The translations under genes and the position numbers were made by a program. A stretch of DNA of 64,000 bases from contig NZ_JAVERO010000001.1 of assembly GCF_034007085.1 (NCBI RefSeq), positions 2,991 to 66,990 of the forward strand, read 5' to 3'. Origin of the DNA: Castellaniella sp. (GTDB lineage Bacteria; Pseudomonadota; Gammaproteobacteria; Burkholderiales; Burkholderiaceae_B). How positions within the stretch are numbered: position 1 is the first letter of the stretch; each line of letters starts with the position of its first letter. The notes below the pieces were generated by a model. It was not told the DNA's origin. It saw nothing but the letters and a program-made list of their open reading frames with translations, and searched no databases. This document shows, one piece after another, positions 1 through 9,760 of this stretch.

Positions 1-165
1 TATCGTCCTACGTTGAAGACAGTCGCCGACCGGCATGCGGAACAATTCCCCCGGCTGTCCCTGTTCACCATCACGGATGTGGCGCCAAGCTGGGCCGAGG
101 CGCAGAAGACGCATTTTGCGGACGGGGGTGTATTCGACCAGATCTACCAGCCGAATGCGCACTGA
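1..165 (+). CDS. sbp: Sulfate/thiosulfate-binding periplasmic protein, C-terminal fragment (5' end outside window)
   Basis: Frame 1 reads [54 protein letters not shown] then TGA at 163-165. This tail is typical of Sbp/CysP, and it lies directly upstream of cysTWA. Confidence 0.7.
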   Translation, partial: YRPTLKTVADRHAEQFPRLSLFTITDVAPSWAEAQKTHFADGGVFDQIYQPNAH

Positions 166-169
166 GTCC

Positions 170-1024
170 ATGCCCCTGATGCTTGCGCCACGGACCTTCG
201 CAGCGGCCCCGGTGCTGCCTGGCCGCAACCTGACACTGGGGTTGACGCTGACCTACCTCGGCCTGGTGGTTCTGCTGCCGTTGTCGGCCGCGTTCCTGAC
301 GGCCTCGACCCTGAGCGCAGAAGCGTTCTGGCGGGCGGTCAGCGCACCCCGTGTGCTGGCCTCGTATCGCCTGAGCTTTGGTGCCGCGCTGCTGGCCGGG
401 GCCGTGAACGCCGTGTTCGGTGGCGTGGTGGCCTGGGTGCTGGTGCGATACGACTTCCCCGGCAAACGGCTGATCGATGCCCTGGTGGATCTGCCCTTTG
501 CCCTGCCCACAGCGGTGGCCGGGATCGCCCTGAGTTCACTGTACGCGCCCAATGGCTGGCTGGGCGCGCTGCTGGCGCCGCTGGGCATTCAGGTCGCTTT
601 CAAACCACTGGGCGTCGTGGTAGCGCTGATTTTCATTGGCCTGCCTTTTGTCGTGCGGACGGTCCAGCCGGTGCTGGAGGACATGGCGCCCGAATACGAG
701 GAAGCAGCCAGCAGCCTGGGCGCTTCGCGCGGGCAGGTCTTTGTCCGCGTGGTCTTTCCCACCATCCTGCCGGCCCTGATGACGGGTTTCGCCCTGGCCT
801 TCGCACGCGCGGCCGGTGAATATGGTTCGGTGATCTTCATTGCCGGCAATATGCCGATGATCTCGGAAATCACCCCGCTGCTGATCGTCACCAAGCTGGA
901 GCAATACGACTATGCGGGCGCCACCGCCATTGCCGTGGTGATGCTGGGAATTTCCTTTCTGTTGCTGCTGGCCATCAATCTGCTGCAGGCCTGGACGCGG
1001 CGTCGTTCGTCCGGTCTGCCCTGA
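170..1024 (+). CDS. cysT: Sulfate ABC transporter permease CysT
   Basis: Multi-TM ABC permease. The ATG at 170 ([10 protein letters not shown]) is chosen because the upstream part of ORF 35..1024 overlaps the sbp tail. It is first of two paralogous permeases before cysA. Confidence 0.88.
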   Translation: MPLMLAPRTFAAAPVLPGRNLTLGLTLTYLGLVVLLPLSAAFLTASTLSAEAFWRAVSAPRVLASYRLSFGAALLAGAVNAVFGGVVAWVLVRYDFPGKRLIDALVDLPFALPTAVAGIALSSLYAPNGWLGALLAPLGIQVAFKPLGVVVALIFIGLPFVVRTVQPVLEDMAPEYEEAASSLGASRGQVFVRVVFPTILPALMTGFALAFARAAGEYGSVIFIAGNMPMISEITPLLIVTKLEQYDYAGATAIAVVMLGISFLLLLAINLLQAWTRRRSSGLP

Positions 1025-1042
1025 ACTGCCGGGGTTCAATCC

Positions 1043-1933
1043 ATGACTTCCATCACGCTCGATACGCGCGCCCGAGACTTCGCTGCCCTGAGCCCGCCTG
1101 CCGAAGGCCGGTTCATACGGCTGGCGCTGATGGGCACGGCGTTCGCATTCCTGTTTCTGTTCCTGTTCATTCCGCTGGCGGCGGTCTTCCACGAGGCGTT
1201 GAGCAAGGGCTGGGCAGCTTGCGTGGCCGCAATCGCCGAGCCCGACGCGCGTGCGGCCATCCGCCTGACGTTGACTGCGGCCGGGATCGCCGTGCCCTTG
1301 AACCTGGCGTTCGGGATCTGTGCAGCCTGGGCCATTGCCCGCTTCGACTTCCGGGGCAAGAGCCTGCTCGTCACGATGATCGACCTGCCATTCTCCGTTT
1401 CTCCCGTGATCGCGGGCCTGATCTACGTGCTGCTGTTCGGGGCACAGGGCTGGTTCGGGCCCTGGCTGCAGGCACACGACATCCAGATCCTGTTTGCCGT
1501 TCCGGGCATCGTGCTGGCGACCGTTTTCGTCACCGTGCCGTTTGTCGCCCGCGAACTGATCCCGTTGATGCAGTCCCAGGGCTGCGAAGAAGAGGAAGCC
1601 GCCATCGTGCTGGGCGCTTCGGGCTGGCGCGTCTTCTGGCACGTGACGCTGCCCAACATCCGTTGGGGGCTTTTCTACGGTGTGATCCTGTGCAACGCAC
1701 GTGCCATGGGCGAATTCGGCGCAGTGTCGGTGGTGTCGGGCCATATCCGGGGGCTGACCAACACCCTGCCCTTGCACGTGGAGATCCTCTACAACGAATA
1801 CAACTTCACGGCTGCTTTTTCGGTGGCGTCCCTGCTGGCCTTGCTGGCCTTGCTGACACTGGCCCTGAAGTCCCTGGCGGAATGGCGCCTGCGCGTCCAG
1901 GCCGCCCGAATCGCGTCGGAGCAAACCGCATGA
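1043..1933 (+). CDS. cysW: Sulfate ABC transporter permease CysW
   Basis: 296-aa multi-TM permease paralogous to CysT. Its stop overlaps the cysA start (ATGA at 1930-1933). Confidence 0.88.
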   Translation: MTSITLDTRARDFAALSPPAEGRFIRLALMGTAFAFLFLFLFIPLAAVFHEALSKGWAACVAAIAEPDARAAIRLTLTAAGIAVPLNLAFGICAAWAIARFDFRGKSLLVTMIDLPFSVSPVIAGLIYVLLFGAQGWFGPWLQAHDIQILFAVPGIVLATVFVTVPFVARELIPLMQSQGCEEEEAAIVLGASGWRVFWHVTLPNIRWGLFYGVILCNARAMGEFGAVSVVSGHIRGLTNTLPLHVEILYNEYNFTAAFSVASLLALLALLTLALKSLAEWRLRVQAARIASEQTA

Positions 1934-3003
1934 GCATCGAAGTCCGTCACATCCACAAGCAGTTTGGCGCGTTCACGGCGCTGGACGACGTGTCCCTGTC
2001 TTTTCCGGACGGCCGCCTGACCGCACTGCTGGGACCGTCGGGCTGCGGCAAGACGACATTGCTGCGCATCATCGCGGGCCTGGAACATCCGGACAGTGGA
2101 CAGGTGCTGCTGGCTGGCCAGGATGCATCCCGCACGCACGTGCGCCTGCGACAGGTCGGGTTCGTGTTCCAGCATTACGCGCTGTTCAAACACATGACGG
2201 TGTTCGAGAACGTCGCCTTTGGCCTGCGCGTCAAGCCCCGCGGCCAGCGGCCCGATGAGCGCCGGATTCGTGAACGGGTCATGGGCCTGCTGGAACTGGT
2301 GCAACTGGACTGGCTGGCGGATCGCCGTCCAGCGGCGCTTTCCGGAGGACAGCGCCAGCGCATTGCCTTGGCGCGCGCCCTGGCGGTGGAACCGCGCGTG
2401 CTGCTGCTGGACGAACCTTTTGGCGCGCTGGATGCCAAAGTCCGCAAGGAACTGCGGCGCTGGCTGCGCCGCCTGCACGACGAACTGCACATGACCAGCC
2501 TGTTTGTCACGCACGACCAGGAAGAAGCCCTGGAAGTCGCCGACGAAGTCGTCATCATGAACCAAGGCCGGGTCGAGCAACAGGGCGCGCCACAGGCTGT
2601 CTACGACAAGCCCGAGACGGCCTTCGTGTACGGGTTCCTGGGACATGTGAACCTGTTCCATGGCCGGGTCCGCGATGGCCGGCTGCACACCGGCGCTGCG
2701 GCACTCGACGTGCCGGGGCTGGAGGCCGCGAGCGATGCCCCCGGCACGGCCTATGTCCGGCCGCACGACATCCAGATCGAACCCCTGCCGCCGTCGGCGC
2801 CTGCCGTGGCGGGCCAGGGCTTGCTGGTGAACCTGCAGCGGGCGCACGCCTTTGGGCCGCTGGCGCAGCTGGAACTGCGGCGCGAGGACAATCAGGAAAT
2901 CATCGAAGTGGTCATGCCCAGTCTGGAATTCGACCGGATGCGGGCACAGGGCCATCGGCGATTCATCGCCCGGCCCCGTCAGGCGCGGGTGTTTCTGAAC
3001 TGA
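1930..3003 (+). CDS. cysA: Sulfate/thiosulfate import ATP-binding protein CysA
   Basis: Walker [13 protein letters not shown] signature LSGGQRQR, Walker B LLLDEPF. The true start [13 protein letters not shown] is at 1930, inside the longer ORF 1219..3003. Confidence 0.92.
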   Translation: MSIEVRHIHKQFGAFTALDDVSLSFPDGRLTALLGPSGCGKTTLLRIIAGLEHPDSGQVLLAGQDASRTHVRLRQVGFVFQHYALFKHMTVFENVAFGLRVKPRGQRPDERRIRERVMGLLELVQLDWLADRRPAALSGGQRQRIALARALAVEPRVLLLDEPFGALDAKVRKELRRWLRRLHDELHMTSLFVTHDQEEALEVADEVVIMNQGRVEQQGAPQAVYDKPETAFVYGFLGHVNLFHGRVRDGRLHTGAAALDVPGLEAASDAPGTAYVRPHDIQIEPLPPSAPAVAGQGLLVNLQRAHAFGPLAQLELRREDNQEIIEVVMPSLEFDRMRAQGHRRFIARPRQARVFLN

Positions 3004-3009
3004 GGCTGG

Positions 3010-3864
3010 CTAGCGGCCCGGCGCCGTGTCTTCGAAACGCCCGAGATCGAAGTAGCGCGAAAAGGAAGCCGCGTCATCCGCGTCTGTCCGAGTTTCCGGG
3101 GCCGGCGCTGGCGGGGATTGTTGCTCTGCGTCTGCCGTTGACGCGGCGGATGCGTTGCGACGATCCCGCATGTCGCGGGCTGCATCATCCAGGGCGGCGG
3201 CCAGGGATTGGTGGTTGCGCTTGCGCGCCCAGTCCGCCGCTGTTTCGTGGGCCGTGTTGAACATGGTCGGGTCGGCACCGCTGGACAGCAGCAGGCGAAC
3301 GATGTCCGGCGTGCCGGACAGGGCCGCCATCATCAGCGGCGTCGTGCCGTCCGGTCCTGGCGCATTGACGATGGCGCCCTGTTCGATCAGCATGCGCGCC
3401 GTGTCTACCTGGGCCTTGGATGCAGCATAGTGCAGTGGCGTCCATCCCAGGCGATTGACCTGGGCGCCTGCGGCGATCAGCGCCCGGGCCCGGTCGGTCT
3501 GTCCCAGGATGCTGAGGTACATCAGCGCCGTTTCGTCCCGGACATTAGGTTCGTCGATCCGCACGTCGGGCGCCGCGCGCAGTGCATCGAACACCCGCCA
3601 GGATTGTTCTCGCACCGCCTGGGTCAGTGCAGGGTTGCCCAGGGCATTGCGCGCGTTCGGGTCGGTGTAGCGCAGCAGCATCCCTTGCACTGCGGATACA
3701 TCGTCACGGCGGATGGCCGACCACCAGTCGGCCGTGGGGGTCTGCTGGCCAAAGGCCGCAAACGGCGCACTGGCGCCTAGCGTCAGCATCAGCAACAGCA
3801 ACAGCGCCAAGCTGGCCAGGCCGCTGCGGCACGCACCTGAACGAAACGGGAAGGACAGGAACAT
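3010..3864 (-). CDS. Secreted ankyrin-repeat protein
   Basis: N-terminal signal-like segment LASLALLLLLMLTLGASAPFAAFG. Several ANK repeats (GWTPLHYAASKAQVDTARMLIEQGAIVN, DGTTPLMMAALSGTPDIVRLLLSSGADP). Start taken at MFLSF. Confidence 0.75.
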   Translation of the reverse strand: MFLSFPFRSGACRSGLASLALLLLLMLTLGASAPFAAFGQQTPTADWWSAIRRDDVSAVQGMLLRYTDPNARNALGNPALTQAVREQSWRVFDALRAAPDVRIDEPNVRDETALMYLSILGQTDRARALIAAGAQVNRLGWTPLHYAASKAQVDTARMLIEQGAIVNAPGPDGTTPLMMAALSGTPDIVRLLLSSGADPTMFNTAHETAADWARKRNHQSLAAALDDAARDMRDRRNASAASTADAEQQSPPAPAPETRTDADDAASFSRYFDLGRFEDTAPGR

Positions 3865-3912
3865 GGCGGAACAAACCTCCGTCAATAAGCGGCCCGGGCA
3901 GCGGGCCAGGAT

Positions 3913-4695
3913 TCAGGCGGTCGCAGCCGCCTTGGCAAACAGACGCCAGTAGTTTTCGGTACTGGCACGCTCGATCTCGGCCACGGGCACGCCGCGCAAT
4001 TCGGCGATTTTTTCGGCGACATGAATGACCCGGGACGGGTCGTTCATTTTGCCCCGGTACGGCACTGGCGCCAGGTAGGGGGCATCGGTCTCGATCAGCA
4101 GGCGATCCAGCGGCACCCTGCGGGCAACATCCTGGATCTGGGCCGCATTCTTGAAGGTCACGATCCCGGACAGGGAAATGTAGAAGCCCAGGTCCAGGGC
4201 GCCTTGCGCCACGTCCCAGGATTCGGTGAAGCAATGCATGACGCCACCTGGGGCCTGTTCTTCGCGCATCAGGCGCAGCGTGTCTTCGGCGGCTGCACGC
4301 GTGTGGATGATCAGTGGCAGCCCGGTTTCGTGCGCCGCGCGGATGTGGACACGGAAACGATCGCGCTGCCATTCCAGCGGTTCGCTCGATCGATAGTAAT
4401 CGAGCCCGGTCTCGCCGATGGCGACGACCCGAGGGTGTGCCGCGCGGCTGACCAGGTCTGCCAGGGTCGGCTCGATGCCGCCGTCATCCTCGGGGTCATT
4501 GTCGGGATGCACGCCCACAGAGGCTCGCAGGAAGGAATGCTGCTCTACCAGATCGATCAGCCCGGGCCAGTCGCGCAGATTCACACTGACCACCAGCGCG
4601 TGCCCCACGCCAGCCGTCCGCATCCGTTCCAGCACATCCGGCAGCTGGGCCCGCAGATCGGGAAAATTCAGGTGGCAGTGGGAATCGATATACAT
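3913..4695 (-). CDS. tatD: TatD-family metal-dependent DNase/hydrolase
   Basis: N-terminus MYIDSHCHLNFP, then ETGLDYY and HCF motifs; 260 aa. The upstream part of ORF 3913..4953 is rejected as an extension. Confidence 0.85.
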   Translation of the reverse strand: MYIDSHCHLNFPDLRAQLPDVLERMRTAGVGHALVVSVNLRDWPGLIDLVEQHSFLRASVGVHPDNDPEDDGGIEPTLADLVSRAAHPRVVAIGETGLDYYRSSEPLEWQRDRFRVHIRAAHETGLPLIIHTRAAAEDTLRLMREEQAPGGVMHCFTESWDVAQGALDLGFYISLSGIVTFKNAAQIQDVARRVPLDRLLIETDAPYLAPVPYRGKMNDPSRVIHVAEKIAELRGVPVAEIERASTENYWRLFAKAAATA

Positions 4696-4706
4696 GTTGC
4701 AAGCGT

Positions 4707-5720
4707 TTATCGTGGCCGCACCGAGTGCAGCAGGGTGCGGGCGGCGTGGTCGGCCAGCAGTTTGGGGTTGAGCGGATGGCGCGCCAGGCGCTGTTGTTCC
4801 CGCAGCCAGGCAGCAGCGCGGGCCAGAGCCGCCGGGTCCAGTTTCTGGGCGATCGCGGCGATTTTCGCCGCCTGTCCAGGATAATAACGCGGCGGCAGGC
4901 CATGCACGCCCAGGCCCAGATCCAGCCACAGGCGCTGAAAACCGTCCACCCAATCAGCCGGTTCGCTGGCCTGCAGGGCATCGGCCAGCACGGCGCCGTC
5001 GCCACCGATACTGGCCTGCTCCAGGAACAGATCCAGCCAGTCGGGCATCACAGGCCGCCCCGCCTGGGCCTGATTCAGCGCCAGCAGCGGCGCACCGCCT
5101 GCGGCGGCCAGCCTGGCAGCAGCGTCTTTGACGCCCTGTGCCTGCAGCCAGGCCAGGGATTCCGCTGCGGGCGGCAGTGCCAGGGGCAGGCGCCGGCAGC
5201 GTGACACCAGTGTCGGCAGCAGGCGGTCGGGCGCCTGGGCCGACAACAGGAACACGGTATGTTCGGGCGGTTCTTCCAGGATTTTCAGCAGCGCGTTGGC
5301 TGCGATGGTATTCAGGGATTCGGCCGGGTACAGCAGGGCCACGCGCCAGCCGCCCCGGTGGGTGGCGGTATTGAACCAGGGCAGCAGACTGCGGATCTGT
5401 TCGATGCGGATTTCGCGCGAGGGCTGTTTCTTGGCGCCTTCGGCGACGTCCAGGGCGCCTTCGTGCATCGCCTGGGCATCGGGCCGGATGCGGCGCAGGT
5501 CGGGATGATTGCCGGCCGCCACCCAGCGGCAGGCCTGGCACGTGCCACAGGCCAGGCCGTCCCGGGGCGATTCGCACAGCAGGCTGGCGGCCCCTGCCAG
5601 GGCGAATTCCATTTGGCCGCACCCCGGCTGTCCATGGATCAGCCAGGCATGGGCAAAACGTTCGCGTGCCGCCAGCCAGCGGCGGGCCGGGGCCTGTTGC
5701 CAGGGCAGGAAAGCCGTCAT
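4707..5720 (-). CDS. holB: DNA polymerase III subunit delta-prime
   Basis: AWLIHGQPGCGQ P-loop-like motif and CGTCQACRW zinc module. Lies directly after tmk, as in many proteobacteria. Confidence 0.85.
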   Translation of the reverse strand: MTAFLPWQQAPARRWLAARERFAHAWLIHGQPGCGQMEFALAGAASLLCESPRDGLACGTCQACRWVAAGNHPDLRRIRPDAQAMHEGALDVAEGAKKQPSREIRIEQIRSLLPWFNTATHRGGWRVALLYPAESLNTIAANALLKILEEPPEHTVFLLSAQAPDRLLPTLVSRCRRLPLALPPAAESLAWLQAQGVKDAAARLAAAGGAPLLALNQAQAGRPVMPDWLDLFLEQASIGGDGAVLADALQASEPADWVDGFQRLWLDLGLGVHGLPPRYYPGQAAKIAAIAQKLDPAALARAAAWLREQQRLARHPLNPKLLADHAARTLLHSVRPR

Positions 5721-6379
5721 GCCCGATCCTGCCCGCTTGATGCGGACGCGTAGCCGTGCGTGCGCAGCAACCCGTCCAGGATAGTGTCCAGTTCGGCGCG
5801 GATCTCTTCGATGCTCCAGCGCGCATCGAGAACCCGAAAACGATCCGGTTCGGCCGCCGCCCGGGCATGATAGGCCTGGCGTGTGCGTTCGAAGAACGCG
5901 GCGTCCTCGCGTTCGAAACGATCGGCCTGTTCGCGCCCGCGCGACAGGCGTTCGCGGGCGATTTCCAGCGGCACGTCAAACAGCAGGGTGCAGTCCGGCC
6001 CCCTGCCCTGCTGCACCCAGTCTTCCAGAACGCGCACGGGTTCGGCACCGAGCGCGCGGCCACCGCCCTGGTAGGCAAATGAGGCATCGGTATAGCGATC
6101 ACACAGCACCCACTGCCCGCGATCGAGCGCGGGCAGGATGCGCGTGCGCCAGTGTTCGTTGCGGGCGGCGAACATCAGCAGGGTCTCGGTGCGCAGATCC
6201 ATGGGATGATGCAGCAGCAATTCGCGCAGACTCTCGCCCAGCGGCGTGCCACCGGGTTCCCGGGTGGACAACAGGTCCACTCCGGCCTGGCGCAGCCGGC
6301 GCTCGATCCAGGGGATGTGCGTGCTCTTGCCGGCCCCATCCAGGCCTTCGAGTGTAATGAAGCAGGCGCTCCGGGTCAT
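5717..6379 (-). CDS. tmk: Thymidylate kinase
   Basis: ITLEGLDGAGKST P-loop and DRY motif (LCDRYTDASFAYQG); 220 aa. Confidence 0.92.
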   Translation of the reverse strand: MTRSACFITLEGLDGAGKSTHIPWIERRLRQAGVDLLSTREPGGTPLGESLRELLLHHPMDLRTETLLMFAARNEHWRTRILPALDRGQWVLCDRYTDASFAYQGGGRALGAEPVRVLEDWVQQGRGPDCTLLFDVPLEIARERLSRGREQADRFEREDAAFFERTRQAYHARAAAEPDRFRVLDARWSIEEIRAELDTILDGLLRTHGYASASSGQDRA

Positions 6380-6383
6380 GGGG

Positions 6384-7382
6384 CTATCGTTTTAGGATGT
6401 ATTTGCCGACGGCACGGTTATGCGCCGCCAGATTGGTGGAAAATTCACTGGTGCCGTCGCCCCGGGATACGAAATACAGGTATTGGTGCCGTTCCGGATG
6501 CAGGGCGGCCTCCAGGGCGGCCTGGCCCGGATTGGCAATGGGCGTGGGCGGCAGGCCCGCACGAGTATACGTGTTCCAGGGCGTATCACGTTCCAGGTCC
6601 TTCTTGCGCAGGCGGCCCTGGTAATCGGCACCCAGGCCATAAATCACGGTGGGATCGGTCTGCAGCGGCATGCCGATCCGCAGGCGATTGATGAACACAC
6701 CCGCCACCCGCGCCCGGTCGGCGCCATGGCCGGTTTCCTTTTCAACGATGGAAGCCAGGATCAGGGCCTGGTAGGGCGTTTCCAGCGGCAGGTCACGATC
6801 GCGTCCCGCCCAGGCGCGTTCCAGGATCTGACGGCCAGCCTCGGCGGCCCGGCGCAGAATGTCCAGGTCGGAACTGCCCGGCGTGAACACGTAGGTGTCG
6901 GGGTGGAACAGGCCTTCGAGTGCCTGGGCCCGCAGCCCCAGGCGCTGGATCAGGGCCTGATCGTCCATGCCCCGCGTGTCATGGCGCACCTGGGGATCTG
7001 CGTCCAGCGCCGCCCGGATCTGGGCAAAGGTCCAGCCTTCGGGAAAGGTCAGGCGGGCCTGGGTCATGTCCCCGTTGGCCATGCGTTCCAGCAGCATCCA
7101 GGGCGTATCGCCCGCGCGGGCCTCGTAGGCACCGGCCTTGAGCAATTTGTCCCGCCCGCTCAGGCGAGCCAGCCAGACAAAAGCTTCGGGCTGGATCTCG
7201 ATGCCCGCGTCCTGCATCGTCTGCGCAATCTGGCGCGGCGTGCCGCCGGCGTCGATGAGATAGTCGACGACGGGCGAACGCATGGACACGGGCCGCTGCC
7301 ACCCCCACCAGGCCGCTGCGGCGATGGCGAGCGCCAGCAACAGCAGGCCAGTGATCAGCAGCCAGAGAATCAGTTTTTTCAT
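6384..7382 (-). CDS. mltG: Endolytic murein transglycosylase MltG (YceG family)
   Basis: Single N-terminal TM (MKKLILWLLITGLLLLALAIAAAAWW) followed by a YceG-like domain (ASIVEKE, NTYTRAGLPPTPI). Start chosen at MKKL. Confidence 0.86.
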   Translation of the reverse strand: MKKLILWLLITGLLLLALAIAAAAWWGWQRPVSMRSPVVDYLIDAGGTPRQIAQTMQDAGIEIQPEAFVWLARLSGRDKLLKAGAYEARAGDTPWMLLERMANGDMTQARLTFPEGWTFAQIRAALDADPQVRHDTRGMDDQALIQRLGLRAQALEGLFHPDTYVFTPGSSDLDILRRAAEAGRQILERAWAGRDRDLPLETPYQALILASIVEKETGHGADRARVAGVFINRLRIGMPLQTDPTVIYGLGADYQGRLRKKDLERDTPWNTYTRAGLPPTPIANPGQAALEAALHPERHQYLYFVSRGDGTSEFSTNLAAHNRAVGKYILKR

Positions 7383-7428
7383 GCCCGCCAGTTTAACGAA
7401 CTGGCGGGCCGGGCGGCGGAAATCGTGC

Positions 7429-8502
7429 TCAGATCTGGCCCACCAGCCACTGGACGCCCAGGCTGCTGAGCGAGACGGCTGCCCAGACACCCAGACCCAG
7501 CAGCAGCGGACGGGTACCGGCCAGGGCCATGTGGCGCAGGTCGGACGACAGTCCGATGGCGGTTAGGGCCATGATGATCAAAAATTGCGACAGCAGATTC
7601 AGCGGTTCGAGCAGCGCGTCGGGAATCAGACCCAGGCTGCGAGTCGCCGAAGCCACCAAGAACCAGAGGATGAACCAGGGAAAGATCGTGGCCAGCGACA
7701 CTCGGGTTTCCGAATGCTGATTGCGCCAGGCCGTCCAGAACGCGATGGCGATGCAGATCGGAATGATCAAGGTCGCCCGGGTCAGCTTGACGACGGTGGC
7801 GATGTCCCCCGCCGCCGCGCTGTAGCTATAGCCCGCCGCCACGACAGAGGAGGTGTCATTGATGGCGGTTCCGGCCCACAGGCCGAAGCCATGGTCGCTC
7901 AGCCCCATCCAATGGCCCAGGGGCGGGAACAACAGCACCGCAACGATATTGAACAGGAAGATCGTCGAAATCGACAAGGCGGTTTCGTGATCGTCGGGCT
8001 TGATGATCGGCGCCACGGCCGCGATGGCCGAGCCGCCGCAGATTGCGGTGCCGATGCCGATGAGCGTGCGCAGGCCGCCGCTCAGTTCCAGCCAGCGTCC
8101 CAGCAGCCAGGCCGCCAGGAACGCTGTGGACAGCGTGATCAGGGTCACGGCCAGGGACGAGGCCCCGGTTTTCATGACCTGGCCGAAACTCAGACCGAAG
8201 CCCAGGCCGATGATGGACCATTTCAGCACCTGACGGCTGCTGAAGACCACGCCAGGGACGAAGATCGGGGACAGGCCCAGCACGTTGCGCCAAAGCATGC
8301 CCAGCAGGATGCCGAACACGGGGCCGCCGATCAGTGGAAAACGGGCACCCAGCCACCAGGCCGCCAGGCCCAGGCCGGCCGCCAGCAACAGGCCGTACCA
8401 CAGCGAAGGCGCGCGCGAAGAGCCACCGTGCGGCGATGCCTGGACAGCAGGACGGCTGGCGGCGGATGGCAGGGGATGCGGAACGGCGGAAATGGGCAAC
8501 AT
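7429..8502 (-). CDS. yeiH: YeiH/UPF0324-family integral membrane protein (putative sulfate exporter family)
   Basis: 357-aa polytopic membrane protein with the YeiH-like pattern (FPLIGGPVFGILLGM ... GTAINDTSSVVAAG). Confidence 0.75.
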   Translation of the reverse strand: MLPISAVPHPLPSAASRPAVQASPHGGSSRAPSLWYGLLLAAGLGLAAWWLGARFPLIGGPVFGILLGMLWRNVLGLSPIFVPGVVFSSRQVLKWSIIGLGFGLSFGQVMKTGASSLAVTLITLSTAFLAAWLLGRWLELSGGLRTLIGIGTAICGGSAIAAVAPIIKPDDHETALSISTIFLFNIVAVLLFPPLGHWMGLSDHGFGLWAGTAINDTSSVVAAGYSYSAAAGDIATVVKLTRATLIIPICIAIAFWTAWRNQHSETRVSLATIFPWFILWFLVASATRSLGLIPDALLEPLNLLSQFLIIMALTAIGLSSDLRHMALAGTRPLLLGLGVWAAVSLSSLGVQWLVGQI

Positions 8503-8633
8503 GCTGAAGACGCCTGGAATCGAGACAGACAGGCGGCCATTCTAAGCATCAGCAACCAATCAATAAATTCAAATCATCTTAGTATGAATATAAAAAATAT
8601 TTAATTGGCTGGTGATGACCATGTGAACTGGCC

Positions 8634-8638
8634 GACTC
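8634..8638. repeat. Target-site duplication GACTC (left copy)
   Basis: GACTC lies immediately outside the left terminal IR, and an identical GACTC lies immediately outside the right IR at 11401-11405. Confidence 0.85.
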
Positions 8639-8664
8639 GGGGTTCGGGGAGCAATGGAACAGCC
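8639..8664 (+). repeat. Left terminal inverted repeat (GGGGTTCGGGGAGCAATGGAACAGCC)
   Basis: Exact reverse complement of 11375..11400. Weaker similarity continues about 20 bp further inward (GCGCTTAAG versus GGCTTAG). Confidence 0.9.
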
Positions 8665-8689
8665 TGATGATGCCGAGCGCTTAAGTCGG

Positions 8690-9003
8690 TTACCGCTGGC
8701 CGTCGTACTCCAACAAGCAGTAGCGCTCGATGCCCTCACGGGCGCGCTTCTTGCCGCGCACGAACTGGCTGTTGTTCTCGATGCGCAGCGTCAGCCGGAT
8801 CGTGGCGACCTTCGGCGGATCAGCCTCGCCAGCACTCGTCGATGAGCCTGGCTGGGTCTGCGCCGGTTTCTTGTAGGGGCCGATCTCGACGCCGCGATGT
8901 CGCAGGTAGCTGTATAGCGTGCTCTTGGACACATGCAGCTTCTGCGCGATGGCGGCCACCGACAGCTTGCGCTCGCGGTACAGCGTGGCGAGTGGCGCGG
9001 CAG
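8690..9003 (-). pseudogene. tnpR: Serine-resolvase (TnpR) fragment: C-terminal HTH domain plus extension; catalytic domain missing
   Basis: AAPLATLYRERKLSVAAIAQKLHVSKSTLYSYLRHRGVEIG matches a resolvase HTH. It is followed by the tail ...ATIRLTLRIENNSQFVRGKKRAREGIERYCLLEYDGQR. No N-terminal serine-recombinase domain is present in any frame. Confidence 0.6.
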
Positions 9004-9098
9004 AGTCTTGTAAAACGAAAGTTTTATCGAACCGTTGCAAGCGATGACGATAAGGCGTACAAGCACCTATGCACTTAAACACCGTATTGGAGGGCGTC

Positions 9099-9338
9099 AT
9101 GAAGACCGTTCGCTGGAACATCGCCGTGTCGCCGGATGTAGATCAGTCCGTGCGCATGTTCATCGCCGCGCAGGGCGGCGGCCGCAAGGGTGACCTGTCG
9201 CGTTTCATCGAGGAAGCCGTGCGCGCCTACCTGCTGGAGCGCGCCGTCGATCAGGCCAAGACGGCCGCCGCCGGCATGAGCGAAACCGAACTGACCGATC
9301 TCATCGACGAGGCTGTGCAATGGGCGCGTGAGCACTGA
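9099..9338 (+). CDS. Ribbon-helix-helix (CopG-like) antitoxin
   Basis: MKTVRWNIAVSPDVDQSVRMFIAAQGGGRKGDLSRFIEEAVRAYL has an RHH-like N-terminus. GGAGGG lies 5-6 nt upstream of the ATG at 9099. The stop overlaps the toxin start (TGATG). Confidence 0.75.
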   Translation: MKTVRWNIAVSPDVDQSVRMFIAAQGGGRKGDLSRFIEEAVRAYLLERAVDQAKTAAAGMSETELTDLIDEAVQWAREH

Positions 9339-9757
9339 TGCGCATCATCCTCGACACCAACGTGCTGCTGGGTGCGCTGATCTCCCCGCACGGCCCACCC
9401 GATGCGATCTATCGCGCCTGGCGCGCGGCGCGTTTCGAGCTGGTGACTTCGGCGGCGCAGCTCGATGAGCTGCGGCGGGTGAGCCGCTACCCCAAGCTCA
9501 AGACCATCCTGCCCGCGCACCGCGTCGGCACGATGGTCAACAACATGCAACGCGCCATCGTTCTGACGCAACTGCCGCCGCTGCCGGATGGCATTGACGC
9601 GAACGATCCAAACGATGCTTTCCTGCTGGCGATGGCTTTGGGCGGCGAGGTCGACTACCTGGTGACGGGTGACCGTCGCGCCGGGCAGCTGCAACGCGGC
9701 AGCATTGAGCGCACGCGCATCGTCACGCCGGCCATCTTCTGCGCCGAGGCGCTTTGA
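9338..9757 (+). CDS. PIN-domain toxin (putative ribonuclease)
   Basis: MRIILDTNVLL with conserved acidic positions (D6, E in QLDELRRV, D in DANDPNDAFLLA, D in YLVTGD); 139 aa. Translationally coupled to the RHH gene. Confidence 0.8.
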   Translation: MRIILDTNVLLGALISPHGPPDAIYRAWRAARFELVTSAAQLDELRRVSRYPKLKTILPAHRVGTMVNNMQRAIVLTQLPPLPDGIDANDPNDAFLLAMALGGEVDYLVTGDRRAGQLQRGSIERTRIVTPAIFCAEAL

Positions 9758-9760
9758 GCC

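Noticed and set aside
1219-1929. N-terminal 237 codons of the 594-aa ORF 1219..3003
   Set aside because: This part overlaps cysW in another frame and is Arg/Pro/Gly-rich nonsense. The CysA sequence begins at the ATG at 1930, coupled to the cysW stop.
3010-3864. Secreted ankyrin-repeat protein, convergent with cysA at a 6-bp gap. Ankyrin repeats are sometimes eukaryote-targeting effectors.
   Set aside because: From memory, an ankyrin-repeat gene next to tatD/holB is a conserved chromosomal arrangement in Burkholderiales. There is no compositional shift or mobility signature here.
8540-8620. AT-rich patch upstream of yeiH containing ATTCA-N13-TGAAT (8567-8589), reminiscent of a LysR-type box
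   Set aside because: No LysR (yeiE-like) gene is adjacent. A short dyad in an AT-rich promoter region could easily arise by chance. It is kept only as a note on the region disrupted by the transposon.
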